Source of the DNA: a virus
Lineage: Duplodnaviria > Caudoviricetes
Direction: 5' to 3' (one strand)
Virus record (IMG/VR): IMGVR_UViG_3300042516_004385
Coordinates: 1 to 52,788 of that record
Length of the DNA: 52,788 bases
Positions 25,775-34,600 of this stretch are shown here, in pieces. Made by a program: the position numbers and the translations under genes. The notes under the pieces were generated by a model that was not told the origin of the DNA, ran no database searches, and saw only the letters and a list, made by a program, of their open reading frames with translations. Positions within the stretch are counted from its first letter, which is position 1. Each line of letters starts with the position of its first letter.

Positions 25775-26950
25775 ATGCCACAACTTCAACCATACGTATC
25801 TAATACTCCCCTTGTGGTAGCCAAGAATCTGAGGTTCTTAGTTGCCGGCATTCCTGTTACTGAGATGCTTCCTATAGGGATGGTAGGGAATGTAGTTAAT
25901 GATAATCCTGAAACAGGTTACATCTCAAGAATAGGTGCAATACTGAGTGATCAGATTGATCTTTACAACAATGTTGAGCTTACCTTAAACCAGTATCTTA
26001 TTGATATTAATGATCTTGATAGCAGAGTAACTGCTCTTGAGATATCCGGCACTACTATTCCTTCTGTAAATGGTCAATGTTACAACGGTAACTCTGCCAT
26101 TCTGGTAACAGATATGGTTAATTTACTTACTGCAGATCTTTGTGCTTATAAACCTGTTCTTGGTACAACAAGTGAACTTACTTCAGCCCTTGCTACATAT
26201 TCTCCAGGTACAACAAATCTTTTATCTGCATTTAGTCAGAATAGTACGTTGTCTAACCTGAATGGTTGGTTACCGACTCTAACTCCTACTATAGCAGATA
26301 CCATAAACAATATCTGGTTAGCATACTTTGATGCAAGGACTGGTATAGAGACTGTACTTGAAGCAGTTACACCAAACTGTTCTCAGGTCATAGTTGATTT
26401 CCAGTCAGTATATAGTTCAAGTGCTGCCGGGTTCAATTTATACTTTAGCGGTTACTCCTTTATTCCTTCCGGCTATTTGGATGGTGGAAGTACTATAACA
26501 ATAACAGATGATCAGAGTGGTATTCTTTACACCGGTTTTGACATAGTAAACCAGGCCCAGGATACAAATCCTCTGTTCCTTTCTATCAGTGCTTCTACAC
26601 TGTCTCCTACATCTGCTTTCTATACAGTTAGTGTAACATCAAATGTTGCCAATGCTGCTATAGGTACTACTTGTGTAAAGACAGTCATCCATACAAGTTC
26701 ACTTGAGGGCGGTGCCGGTTCTATTTACAACATAGGTAACTATACGGATGGTATATCAGGAACTACTGCGACAATAGTTTCCGGGTTGACATATGGGCCA
26801 AGGTTTGTACAAATAACAGCCAAAGACTCAGCTACTGCTACTGCATTGCTGAACGGATATTACCTGACATATACAAATGACGGGGCAACACTTACATTGT
26901 TGTCATCAGTTCAAACAACACTTAATCTTGATTGGATAGCTTATAAATAA
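25775..26950 (+). CDS. virion structural protein (tail hub/fibre-associated)
   Basis: Short coiled coil (INDLDSRVTALE), TIADTINNIWLA, Ser/Thr-rich beta C-terminus. Confidence 0.6.
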   Translation: MPQLQPYVSNTPLVVAKNLRFLVAGIPVTEMLPIGMVGNVVNDNPETGYISRIGAILSDQIDLYNNVELTLNQYLIDINDLDSRVTALEISGTTIPSVNGQCYNGNSAILVTDMVNLLTADLCAYKPVLGTTSELTSALATYSPGTTNLLSAFSQNSTLSNLNGWLPTLTPTIADTINNIWLAYFDARTGIETVLEAVTPNCSQVIVDFQSVYSSSAAGFNLYFSGYSFIPSGYLDGGSTITITDDQSGILYTGFDIVNQAQDTNPLFLSISASTLSPTSAFYTVSVTSNVANAAIGTTCVKTVIHTSSLEGGAGSIYNIGNYTDGISGTTATIVSGLTYGPRFVQITAKDSATATALLNGYYLTYTNDGATLTLLSSVQTTLNLDWIAYK

Positions 26951-26955
26951 ATAAC

Positions 26956-27426
26956 ATGTGTAATTGTAATTCATCACCGGCTAGTATATGCAATCAGTGT
27001 GCACAAGGAAACACATGTGGCTGTCCTCCTGATTATACAGTAATGCCATTATCTGTACCTTGCGGATGTTGTCCTGCAGGTTATACGTATGTACCAGGTA
27101 CTACTGCAAACAATCCTGCCACTTGTGTAGATTCTACAGGCACAATAACAAAATCCCCTATACCTTGTCCAAGTTGCGAAGAAACAATATCTTCAAACTG
27201 TGTAATATTACCCGCAGGGAATTGTTACAGTTTACCTGCAGGAACTACACTTACTCAATTTATTGAGTTTATGTGTTCAAGTCCTGTATTTATACAAAAG
27301 ATACTTACAAATATTGGATTGGATGTAAATCTTGGTAGTGCTTTTTGTCAACTTGTACAAAACTGTCCTCCTTCAGGAAGTGGTACAACTCCAATATTAG
27401 GAGCAATAACTGTAACATTCCCATAA
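26956..27426 (+). CDS. very Cys-rich protein (17 Cys in 156 aa)
   Basis: CNC...CNQC...CGC...CGCCPAG...CPSCEETISSNCV. Confidence 0.7.
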   Translation: MCNCNSSPASICNQCAQGNTCGCPPDYTVMPLSVPCGCCPAGYTYVPGTTANNPATCVDSTGTITKSPIPCPSCEETISSNCVILPAGNCYSLPAGTTLTQFIEFMCSSPVFIQKILTNIGLDVNLGSAFCQLVQNCPPSGSGTTPILGAITVTFP

Positions 27427-27435
27427 AAATAAAAT

Positions 27436-28014
27436 ATGGCAACTTTTAATATACCAATAACATGCGATAATACAACCGGTAGTACTAATTTTAGGATTAA
27501 GTACCGGCTTGCGGGAGATAGTGTTTGGACAATGTTTCTTATAGCACCAAGTTCTGCAACTACTGTTACAATACCACAGGATTCACCAACATCCGTATTG
27601 GATAACAATAGGATATACGACTTTCAGGTTCAGAACTTGAATGGTTCAGATAACCCTTTGTCTTTAATTGTTCAGAGTATTGGTATTACGGATCCCGGAG
27701 TTGTATTCTCTCCTACCAATATTTCGGTAGGTTTTGAATTTGAGAATCTTTCAGTAGATATTGATAGTTACCTGATAACTCTTAGTACAGTAGAAGATCC
27801 ATCTACAATAATTGCTACTCAAACATTGTCTACCGGTAATGTTTATCCTCAGACAATGACAGGTACTTTTTCATCTCTAAGCCCTCTTACTGCCTACAGA
27901 TTTGTAATAAGTCCTGCAGCAAACCAATTTACTGAGTCTTTTGTATACACGTTTATTACAGAAGCAACTGAAACATACCCTAACGTAATTTCTGTAACAG
28001 CAACTCTTTCTTAA
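27436..28014 (+). CDS. tandem fibronectin type III-like protein
   Basis: FRIKYR...W, LDNNRIYDFQV, FSSLSPLTAYRFVI are Fn3 tyrosine-corner motifs. Confidence 0.65.
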   Translation: MATFNIPITCDNTTGSTNFRIKYRLAGDSVWTMFLIAPSSATTVTIPQDSPTSVLDNNRIYDFQVQNLNGSDNPLSLIVQSIGITDPGVVFSPTNISVGFEFENLSVDIDSYLITLSTVEDPSTIIATQTLSTGNVYPQTMTGTFSSLSPLTAYRFVISPAANQFTESFVYTFITEATETYPNVISVTATLS

Positions 28015-28015
28015 T

Positions 28016-28921
28016 ATGAACTTATCAATAGCCTGGGTGCCACCTGTACCTGCTCCTACATGCGGATATAAAGCTCTCTATAGGGCCAAAGGTCAAACAA
28101 CATACACAGAGATATCTGCCTCTGGTACTACAGCTACTGTAGTTCTAAGTGCACCGGCCTGTTACGAAGGACTTGTAAAAAGTGACTACTGTTCAGGAAA
28201 TACTGCAAGTGGTATGCCTTTTGGAGTAAATGCATATGGAGAGTTTTCAGTTGCTGTCGTTTTGAATGATAGTGGTGAGGCAGAAGTTACAATCAGCTCT
28301 ACGTATGCCAGTCCATATGACTTGATGGTAACTGGTACATTTGACGGTACTGCAAACCTAATGACTACTACATATCCTTTTTCTGATATAACACTAAGTG
28401 CAGGTGAAACAAGTTATACTGAAATAGTTACAGCACCATTGCCAGGATCTCCTATAATTTCAAATATTGTAGTTACTTCATTTAGTTCTGTATTTAATGA
28501 AGGAGGACAGTTGCAGCAACTTGATCCGGTAAGCACTCCTGAGTACTTCCAATTCTATTGGGATCAGGATGGTGAGCCGGCATTTGATGGTGCACCAATA
28601 AGCCTTCCTTCTTTCACGCTTGATAGTTTTACTATCACAGAACAAGACATAAGCGGAAACCCTACTGCAGGTACATTGAATTTTTCCTATATAGTTCCTG
28701 ATACCTACGTTCCACCTTTTAACCTGGTAGAGTTTATAGCTATAGATGACACAGGTACTGTTGGTACAACAATTGTATCAATTGAAGGAAAGGGTGTTAC
28801 ATACGCTTCAATGGATCTTGTTATTACCGGCTCACTTCTTGACAATCGTCAAATGCAAGCTTACTGGCCGGATACTACTCTTATTACACAGAGGTATTTC
28901 ATGTTACCTACTGTTGATTAA
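28016..28921 (+). CDS. Ig/Fn3-like beta-rich structural protein
   Basis: LSIAWVPP...GYKALYR N-terminal Fn3-like domain; acidic and Ser/Thr-rich. Confidence 0.6.
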   Translation: MNLSIAWVPPVPAPTCGYKALYRAKGQTTYTEISASGTTATVVLSAPACYEGLVKSDYCSGNTASGMPFGVNAYGEFSVAVVLNDSGEAEVTISSTYASPYDLMVTGTFDGTANLMTTTYPFSDITLSAGETSYTEIVTAPLPGSPIISNIVVTSFSSVFNEGGQLQQLDPVSTPEYFQFYWDQDGEPAFDGAPISLPSFTLDSFTITEQDISGNPTAGTLNFSYIVPDTYVPPFNLVEFIAIDDTGTVGTTIVSIEGKGVTYASMDLVITGSLLDNRQMQAYWPDTTLITQRYFMLPTVD

Positions 28922-28924
28922 AAT

Positions 28925-28998
28925 AGCTGGTGTTGTTGGTTCCATCACTGCCGGAACTCTTTTGGACTCGTTTCAAAAGATTCCGTGTCCCTACCTAT
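28925..28998 (+). other. structured intergenic element (possible ncRNA or regulatory 3' UTR)
   Basis: TGGTG/CATCA stem enclosing TTGTTGGTTC; alternative GGTTCC/GGAACT stem; TCTTTTGGA/TTCAAAAGA hairpin at 28958-28980. Confidence 0.35.
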
Positions 28999-29000
28999 TT

Positions 29001-29017
29001 TAAACATAAAATGTTTA
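29001..29017. promoter_or_regulatory. palindromic operator-like site (copy 2) TAAACAT-AAA-ATGTTTA
   Basis: Perfect inverted repeat just upstream of a promoter. Confidence 0.65.
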
Positions 29018-29030
29018 TTCTTATTGCTTT

Positions 29031-29061
29031 TTTGCACAATCAGAGTTTATTCGTATATTTA
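29031..29061 (+). promoter_or_regulatory. promoter TTTG-N19-TATATTTA
   Basis: Shares TTTGCAC...TCGTATATTTA with 44511-44542. Confidence 0.7.
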
Positions 29062-29066
29062 TTCTG

Positions 29067-29699
29067 ATGGAATCAACAGGCAAAAAATTAAGTTTCATAA
29101 AAGCAGATCCTCGTGCACCTCGATTTATTAAAGAGAAGTACGATCCTTTGAAGGAAACAGATACCTCTTTTTTTAAAAGGTTGAAAAAAGCTCACCCTGA
29201 ATTAAAGAAGTACAGTAATCGTGAGATAGGTAGATACATCAAAGCTGTAAATCTGAGAATTTCGAAAGAAGTTATTGAGAACAGGAACGGGGTTCGTTTA
29301 CCAGAGGGACTAGGGATTATTGTTGCCGGGGCATGTAAACTCAATAATGATTCGCTGAAAAAGAATATTGACTATGCTACATCACAGAAATTAGGTAAGG
29401 TTGTTTACTACCAGAATCAGAGTAGTGATCAGTTTATAGCTAAGATCAAGTACAGTAATGAGATGGACAAGCATATGTTCGATAATCATGAAATGTGGTG
29501 TTTTGATGCTTGTAGACCATTATGTGCTGCTTTATCCAAAGAGTTTAAGAAAGAGTCCGGTTATAAGAAATACATAGTCTTTACAAGCAAACAGTCAATT
29601 GCTCATTTGTTTCGTAAGACAAAGATTCAAAAGGTAAACAAAGTGGGCCAGGAGTTAACAAAGATAAACCTTGCAGCACACAATGAGTTTGACATTTAA
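29067..29699 (+). CDS. basic DNA-binding protein, IHF/HU-like (crAss tail module)
   Basis: Lys-rich; EVIENRNGVRLPEGLG resembles the HU/IHF arm; located before the tail ring genes as in crAss-like phages. Confidence 0.55.
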   Translation: MESTGKKLSFIKADPRAPRFIKEKYDPLKETDTSFFKRLKKAHPELKKYSNREIGRYIKAVNLRISKEVIENRNGVRLPEGLGIIVAGACKLNNDSLKKNIDYATSQKLGKVVYYQNQSSDQFIAKIKYSNEMDKHMFDNHEMWCFDACRPLCAALSKEFKKESGYKKYIVFTSKQSIAHLFRKTKIQKVNKVGQELTKINLAAHNEFDI

Positions 29700-29711
29700 T
29701 GAAGAATTACA

Positions 29712-30395
29712 ATGAGTAAGACCATTATAGGAGACGTAACAAGTAGGTTGAGAGGACAGGTTAAGGCTGTTCGTCAGGATTCGTTTTTGACTGACAGAAT
29801 GATCTATAGCCTTTTCAAAAAACATGCATCATTGTCTATTAAAAGACTGGATCAAACAAAAAGACTTACTGCTTTTGCATCTATCTTCGAAACTCTTGAT
29901 TATGTACAACTTACTGAGATTGATAAAGTTGAGGCTTCTACTTGTGGAGTGGCACCAAAAAGCTATGCTACAATAAGAAGGACATGTTTGCCAATACCGG
30001 TATTTACTGAAGGTATCTATGGTCCAATGATCCGTAGTGTGTCATCTATTGATGGTAGTGAGTTGTTAAAACTTACTACTCCGGATGAGTACAACCACCT
30101 TTCAAAAAGCAAGAACTTCAGATTCAACAAACAGAAATACGTATGGTACATAAACGACCATCTGTATTTCCCTAATATAGATTGGCCGGCTGTCAAGATA
30201 GATGCAATGGTAGAGGAAGACATTACTCCTTTTAAGTGTGACTATGATCAGAAATGCCAGACAAGGCAGTGTCATTCATTGAACATACCAGATTTTTTAC
30301 TTAGTGAGATAGAGGCAAATGTTTTAAAGGACCTGGCATTCCAGTTACAGGCACCGGAAGATGATGCTCACGATAACAAGAATCAATTACGATAA
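29712..30395 (+). CDS. tail ring protein
   Basis: FLTDRMIY, IRSVSSIDGS, YVWYINDHLYFPN; position. Confidence 0.6.
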   Translation: MSKTIIGDVTSRLRGQVKAVRQDSFLTDRMIYSLFKKHASLSIKRLDQTKRLTAFASIFETLDYVQLTEIDKVEASTCGVAPKSYATIRRTCLPIPVFTEGIYGPMIRSVSSIDGSELLKLTTPDEYNHLSKSKNFRFNKQKYVWYINDHLYFPNIDWPAVKIDAMVEEDITPFKCDYDQKCQTRQCHSLNIPDFLLSEIEANVLKDLAFQLQAPEDDAHDNKNQLR

Positions 30396-30397
30396 TA

Positions 30398-31651
30398 ATG
30401 GCAACTCCTACTTTAAAAGAACTCAAGTATCGGACCTTTGATGATCTCATGACGGAGATCTATAATGACTTGCCCTCACTCAGCAGGGAAGGTCTTATTG
30501 AGCCGGCACAACTGATCAAAGTTGCACAAAGGGTAAACCAGGAACTTGGCCTTAAGATAAACAGAGTAAAAGAAACAATCCTTCAGTTGGAGTTTGGTCG
30601 TGCTAAACTTCCTGATGACTTTCATGTACTGAACCTTGCACTGTTATGTCATAACTATACTCTTCAGGAGCCAGGTCTTTTTAATGGTATACAGAACGAA
30701 ACCAGAGTTACACCTGTACAGAATCCAAACAGCATTCCTCAGCGTACTTCATGTCCTTGTTGGACAGTAGTTGCCCAGGCTGTGCAAGCAACGGTTACTT
30801 ATTGCGATGGTACCGTAGATTCTGTTTTCTTCCCTGCTAATACGGATGGTTCTCCAAAAACAACAAAGCTTTGTGCAAGTACTATAGTAAAAACAGGCGG
30901 TGGAAGTTTTAGTGCTACTACCAATTCGAATTGCTGGAACATTCCGGCTACCGGTCAATTGAGTTGTACTATTCCGGAGGACTGTGGTTGTAACACTCCT
31001 AATATAGATAGTTGTTCAGCAGTAAATACAGATCCTTGGAACCAGAATAGAGTGTACACTACTTGTGACAATACAATGCAAGTAACAGTTATCGAGTACC
31101 ATTCTAACCAGATAAGAGAATACCGGGAGTTCCAAAAGATATACATGGTGTCTTCAAAAGAGGCAAGTGCTTTTTGTATGAACACTCAGTTTAGAGATGC
31201 TCCTCACCAAGGTCATATACAGAATGGATTTATCTATGTTCCTACCATGAGAGATTATGGTCAGAGAACAGATGAGAATCTGCACAATGGTCATGGTAAG
31301 GTGTACATATCTTACATGGGTGCAATGGAAGATGAGGAAGGTAATCTTCTTGTACTGGATCATCCTAAGATCAATGAGTACTATGAATGGGCAATTAAAG
31401 CTCGTATCTTTGAGAACATGTATCTTAATGGTGAGCCGGATATTGAAAGGAGATTGGATCTTGTTAAGAGAGAACTCAAAGTAGCAAGAGCAGAGGCATT
31501 ATCAATAGCAACAATGCCTGACTTCTACGAACTGAAGAAAACTATAGAGCAGAATAGAAGAGCAATGTATCACAAGTACATGCATCCGTTTAGTTCACTT
31601 TATGCGAACACTCCGGGATGGCCATGGTCTTATAATAACGAGTATATCTAA
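30398..31651 (+). CDS. tail ring/tubular protein (P22 gp4-like) with Cys-rich insertion
   Basis: GRAKLPDDF, GKVYISY...DEEGNLLVLDHP..NEYYEWAIK; central Cys-rich segment. Confidence 0.6.
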   Translation: MATPTLKELKYRTFDDLMTEIYNDLPSLSREGLIEPAQLIKVAQRVNQELGLKINRVKETILQLEFGRAKLPDDFHVLNLALLCHNYTLQEPGLFNGIQNETRVTPVQNPNSIPQRTSCPCWTVVAQAVQATVTYCDGTVDSVFFPANTDGSPKTTKLCASTIVKTGGGSFSATTNSNCWNIPATGQLSCTIPEDCGCNTPNIDSCSAVNTDPWNQNRVYTTCDNTMQVTVIEYHSNQIREYREFQKIYMVSSKEASAFCMNTQFRDAPHQGHIQNGFIYVPTMRDYGQRTDENLHNGHGKVYISYMGAMEDEEGNLLVLDHPKINEYYEWAIKARIFENMYLNGEPDIERRLDLVKRELKVARAEALSIATMPDFYELKKTIEQNRRAMYHKYMHPFSSLYANTPGWPWSYNNEYI

Positions 31652-34600
31652 TGGCAAAGCAAGAAGAGCAAGAAGAAAATGTTCCGCAGAAGGGTAACTC
31701 CCCAATAGTAGGAAGTACCAACACTTTTACCGGTGGTATGGTAAAGGATCCTGTTGACTTGTTCAAAAAGAGCAATACATATACTCATGCAAGAAACATG
31801 AGCACTTTCCTTCCCGATGGGCAGTTAGGAGGAAGAAGTTCTGAGTTAGCTAATATTCCTTCAGCTCTTGTACCTTACACTATTATAGGTAGTGCTTTTC
31901 TTGGTGATGGTAGTTGGATTATATTCAGTACTAACAATACTCTTTCAGAGATTGGTATCTTTTCCGAAAACAGTAACAGTTATAGTACTTTGATGAATGA
32001 TGCTGTTACAATAGTAAGTATCAATCCTATTACAGGTACTTTTTATTCAGGTCTTGGTTTTAAAACAACCAATCTTATAACAGCAGTAGCAAGAAGAGGG
32101 TATGATTGTGGCTTTGATGTGTACTGGTCAGATGGTGGTTTGAATCCGGATAGGATTTTGAATACAGCAACCTGTCCATGGACAATAGGTGCATTCCCTA
32201 CATCACCACCCAAAACAGTTCCAAACCCTTGGGTACAAAACTGCATTACCACTGCAGCATGTGTTGACTGTTACAATACTAACAAGATAGACATTGAGCA
32301 ATTGAGACTTGCTCCTTTGTTGGATGTTCCATGTATCAAACTTTCGAAATCGAAAAGTGGTGGTTTGCTACCAAATGGTTCTTATCAGGTGTGTGTTGCT
32401 TATGCTGTAAACAGTATAAAGTGTACAGACTATCTTGCTTTTTCGGATGTCTACTCAACATTTACCCATCTTAATAACGGAGGGTGTATTGATGTTACAA
32501 TAGAAGGAATAAGTGACTCTACAAAGATTCGATTTACCGAACTTGAGGTAGTTGTCATCTCTATGGTAAACCAACAGGTTCAGGCCAAGAGATTAGGGAT
32601 TTATTCTACAAACCAGGGAAAGATTACAATAGACAATATTGATCTTACTCTTCCTAATATACCAATAGAGAAGTTACCAATATCTACACCGGCTATTGTA
32701 AGCAGTGATGCAATTTTTGGTATCTCAAACTATCTTACAAGAGTTGGGCCCAAAGAGTATCCTGACTTTAACTATCAACCACTTGCTAATAAGATAGAAA
32801 CATATTGGGCTGCTGTTGAGTACCCTGAAGATTACTACCATGTAGGTGGTAATGATTACGGTATGAATGTCAGCTACCTTAGAGGTGAGGTGTATGCATT
32901 TTTTATTCGTTGGATCCGTAACACAGGTGACAAAACTGCATCTTACCATATACCTGCAAGAAGTGTTCCTACACCTGCATCTAATGCTATTGGTTTACCG
33001 GGAGGACCAAGTGTACCAGGATCAATAAGTACTGTTATGTATGGCAGGACAGGTGTGTATGTATCAAATGAAAAATATCCTGATCGTAGTCCTGCAGTTT
33101 GGACGGTTCTTTGTGGACAAAACATAATGCACCACAGGATGCCGGATCAGGCAGATGCAGGAGGAACATGGCTTTCTCACTTTAATCCACATGGTGCTCC
33201 ACCTACAGGTACACCTGGAACTATTTCTATTCTTGGTGTATACTTTGATCAGATTGCATACCCTGTTGACATAAACAATAACCCTGTTCCCGGCATTGTC
33301 GGTTATGAGATCTTAAGGGCATCACGAGACGGACATCAAAGCATTATAGCTAAGGGCATGATTAACAACATCAGAAAGGTTTCTGATAATCAAGGTAACC
33401 CTCAGTTGTTTGCAAACTATCCTTATAACGATCTGGGTAGGGATGAATTTTTAACTGAGAATTTTAGTAATGTAGTAAATGGTCAAGCAGGTAATGGTTT
33501 TGAAGTTAATGACTGTGTACCTGAGTATAACTCAAATCCTGCAATAAGTGGCTTTGATAATAACAAATGGTCATTCCACTCACCGGATACTGTATTCAAA
33601 CATCCTTATTTAGGTAAGGGTACTTTGGAAGTAGTAATGGGTTTGAATGGGCAGAGTACTGGTTTGTTTCAAACTCCGTACAGGCACCCTCAGTTTAAGG
33701 TAATGACTGACTTTGTTGGTTATCTTACTTTTATTGCAGGGGCAACATTTATTGCAATACAAGCAATACAGGCTATAACTATGGGATTAGGAGGAGATGC
33801 TCCTGATATAAAAATGGCTGCGACTGAATCACTACCAATAAGTTTTCCTATACTTGCAAACACTAGTACGACTATTGCAGGTAGCACTGCACCAGGTGCA
33901 ATATCTATTGCAGCAACTGGTGCAAATATAGCAATACTTGCAGCTCTTTTTCCTATTCAATTATCTGCTTTTCAACAACAGTTACTTAATATAATTAAAG
34001 GACTTGTAAAACCTTCACAGTATGCACTTCAGTATAACTCGTGGGGATATTATAATAAACCTGTAAGTCAACCTAGAATACCTGCTGCAGTAAATGATTA
34101 TCAGTACATTAAAGACCAAATGCAATCATTTGCTGGTTATACTGTAAATAATCTTTACAGGAATGACTACGTGATAATGAATACTGATCAGGTAATTCCA
34201 CCTTTTCCTTTTGGAGATATTCAAAGTAGATTCAGAATTTACAATTCTAGTCTGGACTCAGATGATCAAATAAAACCAAATAATTGGGAAAATAGACATA
34301 TTGGTTCTTACTATGCTGCTTACAAAGTTCCTCAACTTTCTCAGTACGGTCAGATAGATAGTACTAAACAGGTACCAATAGGTTGTGCTCAACAAATTGT
34401 ATACAAAGCAGCACCTGGTACTTTACCTCCATCTCCTGTAATGTTTGGTGGTGATACATACATTAACCGGTATACAGAAAAGAACCCATTTATGTTCTTT
34501 AATGACTGGTTAGTAAATGCTCCTGATGATTTTACCTACGACTATCGTAACTACATCAATGTTCCTTATCCGATGTTCTGGATCAACAATGATGTTCTTA

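Noticed and set aside
28746-29003. 85-aa + strand ORF spanning the structured intergenic element
   Set aside because: Mostly overlaps the 28016-28921 gene out of frame and has no convincing start context
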